Shown: piece after piece, positions 29,029 to 39,182 of the stretch | Layout of the letters: the number at the start of each line of letters is the position of its first letter | How positions within the stretch are numbered: the stretch's first letter is position 1 | NCBI GenBank assembly: GCA_050173015.1 | Contig: JBFXLE010000011.1 | Span: 1-64,000 of the forward strand | Reading direction: 5' to 3' | Length of the DNA: 64,000 bases | Source: Calditrichaceae bacterium | GTDB taxonomy: Bacteria; Calditrichota; Calditrichia; Calditrichales; JBFXGD01 | Notes under the pieces: model-generated | Seen by the model: the letters and a program-made list of their open reading frames with translations, nothing else | What the model was told of the DNA's origin: nothing | Databases searched by the model: none | Position numbers and translations under genes: made by a program

Positions 29029-30615
29029 ATGAAATTCAAACTTTTTTACAATGCGGTAATCTACAGCCTGGATAGCGACCGGATTTTTGACTGGATGCTT
29101 GTCTTTGGTGACAGGATAGCTGCTCTGGGGCAAACCGGTGATCTACCAGATTTGCCCGATTCTCTGATGGAAAAAATTGATCTGGACGGAAGGACGGTAA
29201 TTCCGTCTTTTACTGACGCGCACACTCATTTTGCCTCAACCGCTTTGTATGAAGGACAAATTTCACTCCATAATGCTGAATCGCTCGATGACGCGATCAA
29301 AATATTGACTGATAAAAAAAATAAATTTTTGCCGGGGGAATGGGTAACCGGAGGCGGATACGACCGCAATTTGTGGGAAGACGGTCAGCCGCACAGAAAG
29401 TATCTTGATAAAATCTTTCCGGTCAATCCCGTTGCCCTTGATTCAAAAGACGGGCACGCGCTCTGGGTAAATACAGAAGCGTTGAAGCGCGCGGGTATCG
29501 GACCCCATACATCCGATCAGGATGGCGGAAAGATTGTACGTGATCAGGACGGCCGCCTGACAGGTGTTTTGTATGAATCGGCAATGCTACCTGTTAAAAA
29601 ACTTTATGATGAAACAATTCGGGAAAAATTGAGCGGGTATATTGAAAATTTGTATCCAAAATTTTACCGGTTGGGCATCACATCGGTGCATACCATGGAA
29701 ACCTGGCAGGATTTTAATTCTTTCCAGATGCTGTACAAATCCGGACAATTAAAAATGCGGATTAATATGTATCTGCCTCAGGAAGATATGGAAAAACTGA
29801 TTTCAGCCAGAATCAGATCCGGCTTCGGGAATGAATGGATTCGTGTGGCCGGAGTTAAGTTTTTTGTTGACGGATCCCTGGGATCTCAGACTGCTGAGAT
29901 GACGCAGCCCTATGAAAATTCTGAAAATTATTTTGGAATAGGGGTGATGTCCGAAAAAGATCTGACAGAAAGAATTCAGCTTGCTTTGCGGAACGGTCTG
30001 GCCTGCGCCGTTCACGCGATCGGAGACAGAGCGGTAAACAAAGCCGTGAATGCTTTTGAAAAGGGGCATTCATGGCAGGAACAATTCAAGCTTACAAATC
30101 GTATCGAACATGCACAACTCATTTTGCCGACTGATATAGTAAGGTTGGCAAAACTAAATATCATCGCTTCCATGCAGCCGCTTCATATTGCCGACGATGT
30201 TGAAATAGCAGAGCTACATTGGGGCGTGAGAAGCGGGTTTGCCTATCCGATGAGAGCGCTGGCCGACGCGGGTGTCGTTCTGGCATTTGGTAGTGATGTT
30301 CCCGTTGCCGATCCTGACCCGTTTAAGGGAATATATACCGCGGTTTTGAGGAAATACCGTGTTAACCCTAACGCGAAAAGCTGGCATCCGGAGCGCGCCG
30401 TAACTTTGAGAGAGGCTCTTTCTGCCTACACGACCGGGGGGGCGCTGGCCTCCGATGAGATTAAAAACAAGGGCACGCTTTTGCCCGGGAAACTAGCTGA
30501 TTTTATTGTACTTAGTAAAGATGTTTTTAAAATACCGGTTGAAGAAATTCTTGATTTGATGGTTGAGTTGACGGTGCTGGGAGGGGAAGTTGTCTTTGAT
30601 AAGCGCAACCTCTGA
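29029..30615 (+). CDS. Amidohydrolase 3 family (YtcJ-like)
   Basis: PSFTDAHTH, KFFVDGSLGS, HAIGDRA, RIEHAQ, GSDVP and GKLADF. Confidence 0.92.
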   Translation: MKFKLFYNAVIYSLDSDRIFDWMLVFGDRIAALGQTGDLPDLPDSLMEKIDLDGRTVIPSFTDAHTHFASTALYEGQISLHNAESLDDAIKILTDKKNKFLPGEWVTGGGYDRNLWEDGQPHRKYLDKIFPVNPVALDSKDGHALWVNTEALKRAGIGPHTSDQDGGKIVRDQDGRLTGVLYESAMLPVKKLYDETIREKLSGYIENLYPKFYRLGITSVHTMETWQDFNSFQMLYKSGQLKMRINMYLPQEDMEKLISARIRSGFGNEWIRVAGVKFFVDGSLGSQTAEMTQPYENSENYFGIGVMSEKDLTERIQLALRNGLACAVHAIGDRAVNKAVNAFEKGHSWQEQFKLTNRIEHAQLILPTDIVRLAKLNIIASMQPLHIADDVEIAELHWGVRSGFAYPMRALADAGVVLAFGSDVPVADPDPFKGIYTAVLRKYRVNPNAKSWHPERAVTLREALSAYTTGGALASDEIKNKGTLLPGKLADFIVLSKDVFKIPVEEILDLMVELTVLGGEVVFDKRNL

Positions 30616-30747
30616 TGCGTCTATCCTCTTTGGATTATATAAATGCACTGAACAAATCAAAATACTGTTGACTCATAACTATTTATATTTTAACTTGTTA
30701 CTTAAAGTTCTTTAATTGTCCAACCTATTTATTTGAGGGCCAATTCA

Positions 30748-31089
30748 ATGAAAATTAAAGAAAAAATAGAAAATCATGTCGCGGTTTTAACCCTTTCAGG
30801 TAAAATGATGGGCGGACCAGAGACAACAGCTGTCCATGAACATGTCCGCGGTTTACTTGCTGATGGCGTTAAAAATGTGGTAATTGACCTTGGCGAAGTT
30901 AAATGGATGAACAGTTCCGGGATGGGTGTTTTGATGGCCTGTACGACTACGCTGTCTAATGCGGATGGAAAGCTGGTATTGGCGCGTGTTACAGAAAAAG
31001 TAAAAAGTTTGTTGATAATTACCCAATTGATTAAAATTTTCGAAACGTTTGAGACGGTAGAACGAGCTGTATCTTCATTCACTAATTAG
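30748..31089 (+). CDS. STAS domain anti-sigma factor antagonist
   Basis: VVIDLGEVKWMNSSGMGVL phospho-Ser motif. Confidence 0.92.
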   Translation: MKIKEKIENHVAVLTLSGKMMGGPETTAVHEHVRGLLADGVKNVVIDLGEVKWMNSSGMGVLMACTTTLSNADGKLVLARVTEKVKSLLIITQLIKIFETFETVERAVSSFTN

Positions 31090-31123
31090 TTCTATCCGAT
31101 AAAATACATCTGTTTAAAGTGTC

Positions 31124-31162
31124 GGGACTGGCAGTTTAATGCTGCTCAGTCTCTTTTTTTTT
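31124..31162 (+). terminator. Intrinsic terminator after the STAS gene
   Basis: gggactggcag...ctgctcagtctc followed by a T-tract. Confidence 0.7.
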
Positions 31163-31289
31163 ATAAAGAACGATTTAACCTCTTCCTTTACAGACTGCTG
31201 CCCGCCTTAGCATATATTTCCGGCTTGATTTATTCATTGGCCGGCATCTATATTACAAAATCCGATTAAACTTTTGAACAGGAGTCATC

Positions 31290-33044
31290 GTGAAATTCAA
31301 CGAAGATGAAGTACTTGAAAAACTAGCTCTTCAGGAAAAACAACTTCAAAGAAAAACCACAGAATTGGATTCCATGCGCCGAATAGGTATAGCTCTGAGT
31401 TCGGAGCTCAATATTGAAAGGCTTCTGGTGATTGTGATGGATGTGGTAAACGAATTGATGAATTCTGAGCGGAGCAGTTTTTATATTGTTGATGAAGAAC
31501 GGGGCGAGTTATGGTCGAAGATCGCGCAAAAGGCGGAAGTTAAAGAAATCCGGTTGAAAATCGGTACGGGCATAGCCGGTCACGTGGCTAAAACCGGTGA
31601 AGTGATCAATATTCCCGATGCGTATAAAGACAGCCGGTTTGATCCCAGTACTGATAAAAGAACCGGCTATCGGACACATAGTATATTATGTATGCCGATC
31701 TTTGAATCTTTAAAAGATGAGACCAGGAAGCCCAAAATAGTTGGCGTGCTTCAGATTTTAAACAAAAAAGAAGGGGTGTTTGATTCATCCGATGAGGATC
31801 TTCTTGCCGGTCTCGCGTCGCAAATCGCTATTTCCATCAATAATTCCCGCCTTTATAATATTCTTGAGAAAAAAGTAAATGAACTCAATCTGCTCTACGA
31901 CATTGAGATGGAAGTCGGTAAGGCGTATAATCTTGATGAATTGTTGATCAAACTTATAACTAAGATTACAGGTACATTAAAAGTTGAAGCGGCCTTACTG
32001 ACTATGTATGATCATCAAACCCGCGAATTTTCAAACCGGGTCGGAAAAAATATCGATATTCAAAAACTGGAGGATGCGGGAATTTCACCGGACGCGTCCA
32101 TTGCGGGTGAAGTCATCCGGAGCGGCACAGCCTATTTTACCAATAACGCGTTAAGTGATAAGTTCTTCGATCAGGGGTTTAGTAAATTGACAGGAATACA
32201 AATTGTTCAGGCGGCATGTACACCTCTTAAAATCGGCAATGACGTTATCGGCGTCATTGAAGTATTTAATAAAACGGAGCGGGATGATTTTTTTCGCGCT
32301 GAAGATATAGTCATGATTAATTCGCTCGCAAGCCAGATTTCCAGAATAATAGAAACCTACCGGTTGCGGGAGGAAAAGATGAAGGAAGACCGACTGGCTG
32401 CCATCGGGAATATGATGAGCACCATCGTTCATGATCTCAGAACTCCAATGAATAATATTTATGGCTTTGTGGATTTGATGGTTGATGAAAATGGACCGGA
32501 TGTAAGAAAAGAATACGCGGAGATAGTGATTCAGCAAATCAAAAGTTTGAACAATATGACTACGGATGTTCTTGATTTTGCAAAAGGAAAAACTACAATT
32601 TTGCCGGTCAAATGCCCTGTCAATAAGCTGCTGGATGAATTCGTCCGTGTTTTTGCGGAAGATGTCAAGAAAAAGGGGTATCATTTCCAGTCCGAATGCA
32701 AAACAGCCAGTATGATTTATGTGGATAAAGAAAAAATATCCCGTGTATTTATGAATATCATGAAAAACGCGATTGAAGCGATGGAACCCGGGGGGACATT
32801 TTCAATCGTCGCGGACGAGTTAAACGGAGAAGTGAAATTTTCTCTTTCAGATACGGGAAAAGGAATTCCCGTGGAGATTCAGGATAAGTTGTTTGATTCG
32901 TTTGTTACTAGCGGTAAGGAAGGCGGGACCGGTCTGGGTCTCGCAATTGTAAAAAAAATGGTGGATCAGCACCATGGGAGGATAGAGGTGGAGTCCAAAC
33001 CGGGACGTGGAACGACTTTCAATATTTATCTGAAAAGATTATAG
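31290..33044 (+). CDS. Cytoplasmic sensor histidine kinase with two GAF domains
   Basis: GAF motifs (GIAGHVA, DAYKDSRF, LNKKEG); H-box VHDLRTP, N-box NAIEAM, DTGKGI and GTGLGL. Confidence 0.93.
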   Translation: MKFNEDEVLEKLALQEKQLQRKTTELDSMRRIGIALSSELNIERLLVIVMDVVNELMNSERSSFYIVDEERGELWSKIAQKAEVKEIRLKIGTGIAGHVAKTGEVINIPDAYKDSRFDPSTDKRTGYRTHSILCMPIFESLKDETRKPKIVGVLQILNKKEGVFDSSDEDLLAGLASQIAISINNSRLYNILEKKVNELNLLYDIEMEVGKAYNLDELLIKLITKITGTLKVEAALLTMYDHQTREFSNRVGKNIDIQKLEDAGISPDASIAGEVIRSGTAYFTNNALSDKFFDQGFSKLTGIQIVQAACTPLKIGNDVIGVIEVFNKTERDDFFRAEDIVMINSLASQISRIIETYRLREEKMKEDRLAAIGNMMSTIVHDLRTPMNNIYGFVDLMVDENGPDVRKEYAEIVIQQIKSLNNMTTDVLDFAKGKTTILPVKCPVNKLLDEFVRVFAEDVKKKGYHFQSECKTASMIYVDKEKISRVFMNIMKNAIEAMEPGGTFSIVADELNGEVKFSLSDTGKGIPVEIQDKLFDSFVTSGKEGGTGLGLAIVKKMVDQHHGRIEVESKPGRGTTFNIYLKRL

Positions 33045-33047
33045 GTT

Positions 33048-33995
33048 ATGAGCAAACTCGCGTATTTGTACAATCCTATATTTCTAAACCACCAGCCGGG
33101 GATCTATCATCCGGAAAGCCCTGAGCGTTTATCGGGGATGCATTCCTATCTTCAAAAGAGAAATTTGTTCAGTAATGTCGATATCCTGCAGCCGGGACAG
33201 GCGCCGGTTGAATACATTGAACTGGTGCATGATCGATCGTACATTGATACTATTTTGAAATTCCGTGGCACCGGGAGACAGGTGCTTGATTCGGGCGATA
33301 CCGTTCTGAGTAAAGACTCGGTTGACGCGGCATTGACGGCGGCGGGATCTGCGGTTATGGCGGTGGATTTGATATTCGACAGTAAAAAATATGAAAAAGT
33401 GTTTTGCGCGGTCCGACCGCCGGGACACCATGCGGAGCGCGATCAGGCGAAGGGATTTTGCATATTTAATAATGTCGCCATTGCCGCGAAGTATGCGCAA
33501 AAATTAGAGTTTGTCAAAAATATATTGATCATTGACTGGGATGTTCATCATGGGAATGGTACTCAGAATTCATTCTATGAGGATAATACCGTTTTTTATT
33601 TTAGCATGCATCAGCACCCGCATTTCCCCGGAACAGGTCATGCTTTTGAAATCGGAGAGAGAGAGGGAAAAGGATTTAATTTAAATATTCCTCTGCCCGG
33701 AGGACAAAATGATGATGAATATCTGAAAATTTTCGAAAATGGACTCAAGGAGGTCGAAAACAGATTCCGGCCTGAATTGATTTTAATTTCTGCCGGATTT
33801 GATGGGCACTATTCTGATCCACTGGCAGGAATGAAGTTAACTGCTGAAGGATTCTATAAATTAACCGAGCTGACGGCGCGTTTTGCGCGGAAATATTGTA
33901 ATAGCCGTATAATTTCATTTCTGGAAGGCGGTTATAATTCCGAAGGTCTTGGGCAAAGTGTGTTTCGTCATCTTCAATGTTTATTGAAACATTGA
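33048..33995 (+). CDS. Histone deacetylase family (AcuC/AphA-like) deacetylase
   Basis: HPESPERL, RPPGHHA, DWDVHHGNGTQ, SAGFD and LEGGY. Confidence 0.95.
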   Translation: MSKLAYLYNPIFLNHQPGIYHPESPERLSGMHSYLQKRNLFSNVDILQPGQAPVEYIELVHDRSYIDTILKFRGTGRQVLDSGDTVLSKDSVDAALTAAGSAVMAVDLIFDSKKYEKVFCAVRPPGHHAERDQAKGFCIFNNVAIAAKYAQKLEFVKNILIIDWDVHHGNGTQNSFYEDNTVFYFSMHQHPHFPGTGHAFEIGEREGKGFNLNIPLPGGQNDDEYLKIFENGLKEVENRFRPELILISAGFDGHYSDPLAGMKLTAEGFYKLTELTARFARKYCNSRIISFLEGGYNSEGLGQSVFRHLQCLLKH

Positions 33996-34044
33996 TCATA
34001 ATTGATTAATTTTAAATATCCGGAAACATTGGCGGAGTGAGGCA

Positions 34045-34818
34045 ATGAACAAAGGCAAATTTGAAAAAATGTATTCGGTTTCAAAATCTTTTGTTTGTAT
34101 TCTGATGGTATTGTTCGCCGCTTTGCTGATATGTTCATGTAAGCAGGATAATGTTATGGAAAAGTCCGCGGATGAATTTACCGAATTGCGGGAAACCATG
34201 ATACGCCGACAGATTGCCGCGAGGGGGATAAAAGATTCGCTTGTACTAAGAGCGATGTCCACTGTTCCGCGTCATCTGTTTGTGCCGGCTGACAAAATGG
34301 CCCAGGCTTATAAAGATGAGCCCCTCCCGATCGGTGAGGATCAGACAATAAGCCAGCCCTATGTTGTGGCTTTCATGACAGAACAATTAAGGGTAAAGCC
34401 GGGAGACCGGGTGCTGGAAATTGGAACGGGCTCAGGATATCAGGCCGCAATTCTTGGTCAGATTGTCGACTCTGTGTTTACAATCGAAATTATTGACGTC
34501 CTGACAAAAAAGGCCGGGATTGTTCTAAAAGATCTGAAATACAATAATGTGGTTGTGAAAACAGGGGATGGTTATCTTGGCTGGCCTGAAAAGGCTCCTT
34601 TTGATGCGATCATCGTGACCGCGGCGCCGCCGACAATTCCTCCTCTGCTGATCGAACAATTAAAAGTCGGCGGAAAAATGGTGCTCCCGGTGGGTGAGTA
34701 CGTGCAGGAACTGGTAGTGGTAAGCAAGAACGACAGCGGGTTATCCATGGAGAATGTTTTGCCGGTTCGTTTTGTCCCCATGACCGGAAAAATTCAGGAA
34801 TTGAAGGGCAAAAAATAA
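34045..34818 (+). CDS. pcm: Protein-L-isoaspartate O-methyltransferase with N-terminal lipoprotein-like signal
   Basis: VPRHLFV, QTISQPY, LEIGTGSGYQAA, APFDAIIVTAA and VRFVPM. Confidence 0.95.
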   Translation: MNKGKFEKMYSVSKSFVCILMVLFAALLICSCKQDNVMEKSADEFTELRETMIRRQIAARGIKDSLVLRAMSTVPRHLFVPADKMAQAYKDEPLPIGEDQTISQPYVVAFMTEQLRVKPGDRVLEIGTGSGYQAAILGQIVDSVFTIEIIDVLTKKAGIVLKDLKYNNVVVKTGDGYLGWPEKAPFDAIIVTAAPPTIPPLLIEQLKVGGKMVLPVGEYVQELVVVSKNDSGLSMENVLPVRFVPMTGKIQELKGKK

Positions 34819-34910
34819 TTTGGACCCGAAATTACATAAATAACAGCGGGAGTTCGTAGTTTGCAATCTCTGCCGGTTGTAAATACATATACTTACAGGA
34901 CGGAAAAGAG

Positions 34911-36041
34911 TTGAGTATTAAAGAATTAATCATTCAGTCTGAAAAAATAATTTCCGGCAGAATGCGGCTTGACTGGTTCAGTCGATTTTACGGCGTACCG
35001 GTTTATAAACAATATCGTGATAAAATATCCGAAGAAGAAGTGCGCCTGATCCAGGATGAATTGCTCAATGACGGCATCTTCTCGGAAGCGGAAATGTCCG
35101 CAAAAAAATATTATCTCCGATTGTTGCAGGGCCGCAGGATAGAGCGGAAAAATAAATATTTTTTACATATCTTCCTTTTTTTGCTGACAATCATTACTAC
35201 TTCCATGACGGGCGCTCTGCTGCGCGGGAAGGATCCGTTTGTATCCTGGGAAAATTTCTCTTACGGTTTTGCTTATTCATTCGCGCTGTTGGCAATATTA
35301 TTTGCTCATGAGATGGGGCACTACCTGTATTCACGCTATTATAAGGTCGATGTGACGCTCCCGTATTTTATTCCGTTTTTTATTCCCGGTTTTCACCCGG
35401 GGACACTTGGCGCGTTTATAAAAATGCGTTCACCCATACCGGATAAAAAAGCGCTTTTTGATATTGGAATCGCAGGACCGCTGGCCGGATTTATATTAAG
35501 TGTAATCTTCCTGATAGCGGGCTTTTCGATGCTTCCGGATGAAGCCGGGATATATAATTATATCGCTCAGATCCATCCGCTCGATTCGCCGGACGGGGTC
35601 GCTCTGACGCTTGGGAATACGCTTTTGTATGATTTTATCGGATCATTTTTTGGAGGTCAGCGTCTTCCCATGAGTGAAATGTATCATTTCCCTTTTATAT
35701 TCGCCGGTTGGTTTGGGCTTTTGGTTACGGCGATTAATCTGATGCCGATCGGACAGTTAGACGGCGGTCATATCACATTTGCGATGTTTGGGCATCGGGC
35801 GCGGTTTGTAGCCATGGGGGCTTTTGTCTTGCTGATTCTGCTAAACGTATATTTGATATCAAATTATAATTCATATATCTGGGTGCTTTGGTCCGTTCTG
35901 ATTCTTGTTTTTGTCCGATTCAAACATCCGCCGACGCTCAATGACAGGGCCGGGTTGGGAAGTGCCCGGATTGTTCTCGGGTGGATATCTTATGTTATAT
36001 TTATCGCGTGCTTTTCGCCAATGCCGATCTATTTGTCTTGA
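34911..36041 (+). CDS. Site-2 protease (M50) family membrane metalloprotease
   Basis: AHEMGH, AGPLAG and NLMPIGQLDGGH. Confidence 0.93.
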   Translation: MSIKELIIQSEKIISGRMRLDWFSRFYGVPVYKQYRDKISEEEVRLIQDELLNDGIFSEAEMSAKKYYLRLLQGRRIERKNKYFLHIFLFLLTIITTSMTGALLRGKDPFVSWENFSYGFAYSFALLAILFAHEMGHYLYSRYYKVDVTLPYFIPFFIPGFHPGTLGAFIKMRSPIPDKKALFDIGIAGPLAGFILSVIFLIAGFSMLPDEAGIYNYIAQIHPLDSPDGVALTLGNTLLYDFIGSFFGGQRLPMSEMYHFPFIFAGWFGLLVTAINLMPIGQLDGGHITFAMFGHRARFVAMGAFVLLILLNVYLISNYNSYIWVLWSVLILVFVRFKHPPTLNDRAGLGSARIVLGWISYVIFIACFSPMPIYLS

Positions 36042-36187
36042 TCGAAGACTTGTGAAAAAGATAAACGAAGAGATGGTGGAAATAGTTTTATGTTTATCAA
36101 ACAAGCCGGCTATCCGCCGGGCTTAACCCAGAATTTTATAACAGAATTACAGTTTTATATGAAAAGTTCCGGTATTGAAAGGAAAAG

Positions 36188-36778
36188 ATGTTTTTTACGA
36201 TTTTAATGATATTGATCAGCATTTTTGTTGTTTGGGGAGTGTTGGTTTGGCTGCGCAAAACATCCTGGGACGCGGTTCACCGAAATTTGCTGGATCTTGA
36301 GGATAATTATGAAGGCCGCGTAATTCGCAGAGGATTTGCTTCCAGACCTATTTTCCACGGGAAATATAATAACTTCGGTTTAACGGTTAATTTTAGTACG
36401 GCAAAATCTACCGACGGCCGACTGACGTATATTGATATCAGTTATGAAAAAAGCGGTTCGCTTTCCTTGTCGATTTCGGACAGAAAATGGCTGGAATCAC
36501 AAGAGGCGGGGGAATTACAGGATTATAAATCAATTATAACCGATTCCGGCGCCGAGCTGATCGTCCGGCCTGTTTCGGTGGAAGCTGTACAACGCTTGCT
36601 GAATAAAAAATCATTTCTGGATTTATTGAACAATTTTGACAATCTGGCATATATTTTTATCGGAAAAAGCGGCGTAATATCTGAATTTATTACGCGGGAA
36701 GTGATCAAAGAGACGGAATTTTTAAAAATGAATGAAAGAATAATTTTAATCGATAAACTTATTAAGGCGGTCGGGTAA
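36188..36778 (+). CDS. Hypothetical membrane-anchored protein
   Basis: N-terminal TM; RBS; stop overlaps the era start (TAATG). Confidence 0.75.
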   Translation: MFFTILMILISIFVVWGVLVWLRKTSWDAVHRNLLDLEDNYEGRVIRRGFASRPIFHGKYNNFGLTVNFSTAKSTDGRLTYIDISYEKSGSLSLSISDRKWLESQEAGELQDYKSIITDSGAELIVRPVSVEAVQRLLNKKSFLDLLNNFDNLAYIFIGKSGVISEFITREVIKETEFLKMNERIILIDKLIKAVG

Positions 36779-37671
36779 TGGAAACAATTTCGTCGGAATT
36801 CAAAGCCGGTTACGTGACAATAATCGGTTTGCCGAATGCGGGAAAATCAACATTGATGAATTCCCTGCTTGATATCAAATTGTCAATTATATCATCAAAG
36901 CCGCAAACTACCCGAAGGAGAGTTCTGGGGATCCTAAACAAAAAAGAACTTCAGGCGATTTTTATTGATACACCGGGGATTCTGGAACCAAAATACAATT
37001 TACAAAAACGCATGATGCAAAATGTGGGCAGCGCCCTTGATGACGCGGACATGATACTGATGATTGTTGACGCGAAACAAAAAACGCATCCTGTGAGACT
37101 TGATATTAACGCCTTGAACCCAAAACAAAAACCGGTAGTTTTGGTTCTGAATAAAGTGGACATTATACCTAAAGCCGATTTGCTTCCAATTATTGAAAAA
37201 TACAGCACACATTATCCTTTCAAATCGATTATTCCCATATCCGCCCTAAAGAAAGACGGATTGGCGGAACTTGAGAAGGAAATGGCTGCTCTGCTGCCGC
37301 TCAGTCCGCCATATTACCCGCCGGATACATTAACGGATCGTCCGGAGCGTTTTTTTGTGGCTGAAATTATCAGAGAGAAAATATTTGAAAAATTCTGGCA
37401 GGAAATCCCATATTCGACTGAAGTGGAAATTGAGACTTTTACTGAAAGAGAAAACAGTAAGGATTATATTTCAGCAGTGATTTATGTGGAAAGAAAATCT
37501 CAGAAGGGTATTCTGATCGGCAGTAAAGGAGAGGCGCTCAAGTCTATCGGTTCTGAAGCTCGTAAGGAAATCGAAACTTTTTTAGATCGGGGAATTTTTC
37601 TTGATTTAAGAGTTAAAGTGAATGAAGACTGGCGAAAAGATGACAAGAAATTAAATCGGCTCGGATACTGA
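36778..37671 (+). CDS. era: GTPase Era
   Basis: GLPNAGKSTL, KPQTTR, DTPG, NKVD and a KH domain (EIPY, SQKGILIG). Confidence 0.97.
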   Translation: METISSEFKAGYVTIIGLPNAGKSTLMNSLLDIKLSIISSKPQTTRRRVLGILNKKELQAIFIDTPGILEPKYNLQKRMMQNVGSALDDADMILMIVDAKQKTHPVRLDINALNPKQKPVVLVLNKVDIIPKADLLPIIEKYSTHYPFKSIIPISALKKDGLAELEKEMAALLPLSPPYYPPDTLTDRPERFFVAEIIREKIFEKFWQEIPYSTEVEIETFTERENSKDYISAVIYVERKSQKGILIGSKGEALKSIGSEARKEIETFLDRGIFLDLRVKVNEDWRKDDKKLNRLGY

Positions 37672-37730
37672 TCAATTAAAATTTAATGTTTAACTCATCC
37701 GGCAGCAAACGAGAAAGTATAAAGACGACT

Positions 37731-38435
37731 ATGCGCAAGAAACTCTTACTCTTTGATATAGACGGCACACTGCTTTTAGGACGCGGTATTCCTAAAAAAG
37801 TATTTTTGGAGGTGGTGCGTCATCGTTTTCCTGATTATCAAAATGGAGAAACACTGAGGTTTTCCGGGATGACAGATCCAAAAATTGTGCATGATCTGCT
37901 GATGGCGAATGGATTTAAAGAAAAGGTTACGCCTGAACTGGAAACAGAGATACTGGATGAGTTTGTCAGGGTTCTGGAAGAAAGAATTACACCCGAAAAT
38001 CCCCCGCTTGTCCTCCCGGGTGTCGTGGAGCTGCTTGATCGCTGTACCAGGGAGGAGAACATTTTTCTTGGTTTGGTTACCGGCAACATTATGCAGGGGG
38101 CAAGAATTAAGTTAACGGCGGCAGGTTTATATCATTATTTTGCGGTCGGCGCGTTTGGGAGCGACCACATTGACAGAGCGTTTTTGCCGCCACTTGCCAT
38201 ATCCCGGTCAGAAAAATATTTTGGACAGACTTTTGCCCCTGAGGATGTCTGGATAATTGGAGACAGCATCCATGATGTAACATGCGCGAAAGCAAATAAA
38301 TTGAAATGTCTGGCGGTATACACGGGATTTACGTCAAAGGATGAATTACTCGATGAGAATCCGGAATACTTACTTGAAAATTTTCTGGATACGAATAATG
38401 TAATGTCTATTTTTGAAGATAAACTAAAAAAATGA
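37731..38435 (+). CDS. HAD-superfamily hydrolase (phosphoglycolate phosphatase-like)
   Basis: LFDIDGTL, GMTD, VTGN, GAFGSD and IGDSIHDV. Confidence 0.9.
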   Translation: MRKKLLLFDIDGTLLLGRGIPKKVFLEVVRHRFPDYQNGETLRFSGMTDPKIVHDLLMANGFKEKVTPELETEILDEFVRVLEERITPENPPLVLPGVVELLDRCTREENIFLGLVTGNIMQGARIKLTAAGLYHYFAVGAFGSDHIDRAFLPPLAISRSEKYFGQTFAPEDVWIIGDSIHDVTCAKANKLKCLAVYTGFTSKDELLDENPEYLLENFLDTNNVMSIFEDKLKK

Positions 38436-38512
38436 TTTGCTATTAAATGAATGCCAAATATATCAAATAACAAGTAAGCTTACGATAAAACCGGATTCAC
38501 AGGAGCGGGGCA

Positions 38513-38956
38513 ATGAACGGACATTCTTATCTCTTTACGGAAGGAAAATGGAAAGCGACCGGCATATATACCGATGGCGATGGAATATCCTATAATGCAA
38601 CGGGAGAAGTAATTGTTAAACACAGTACCGGGTTGTGGATGAGCGACGGAATTATGAATGTGAAGGGATTGAACGACGCCGAATTTCAAAATAATTACAA
38701 AATAATTCCGTTTACAGAAGGCAAGGATTTCACTACATGGAAATCGATCAATCCGGTTTTCGGATTACTGACCGGTCGTTTTGTGGTGATCGCGGATTCA
38801 ATTCTTTCTGTTTACGGCTCAGAAAACGGAATAATCAGTGGTTCGGAAAGCCTGCTTCAAATTAATAATCGTCTGTACAGAAATTGGGGCTTTGTGTTCA
38901 AAGGTACCGATAAATTATCATCCTGGGCAATGGATTTAGAAAAACAAGATCTGTGA
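38513..38956 (+). CDS. Hypothetical beta-rich protein
   Basis: 147-aa ORF with AGGAG upstream; no recognised motif. Confidence 0.65.
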   Translation: MNGHSYLFTEGKWKATGIYTDGDGISYNATGEVIVKHSTGLWMSDGIMNVKGLNDAEFQNNYKIIPFTEGKDFTTWKSINPVFGLLTGRFVVIADSILSVYGSENGIISGSESLLQINNRLYRNWGFVFKGTDKLSSWAMDLEKQDL

Positions 38957-39182
38957 GATAAAGACTTAATATAGAAAGGCAAAACAATTTAATTAAACTG
39001 GGATTTATTCCGAAGCCCAAACTTGTTAGCTCAAGTTAGTTTTGATCACAAAAACACAAAAGGCATTTTGATTACGCTTCAAAATTATTTATATTTTTAT
39101 CTTTTGTGTAAAAAAATAGTTGAATTTAGGTGATCATAATTGAAATAAAAATATATACATTTGACAAAACAGAGGAGAATTC

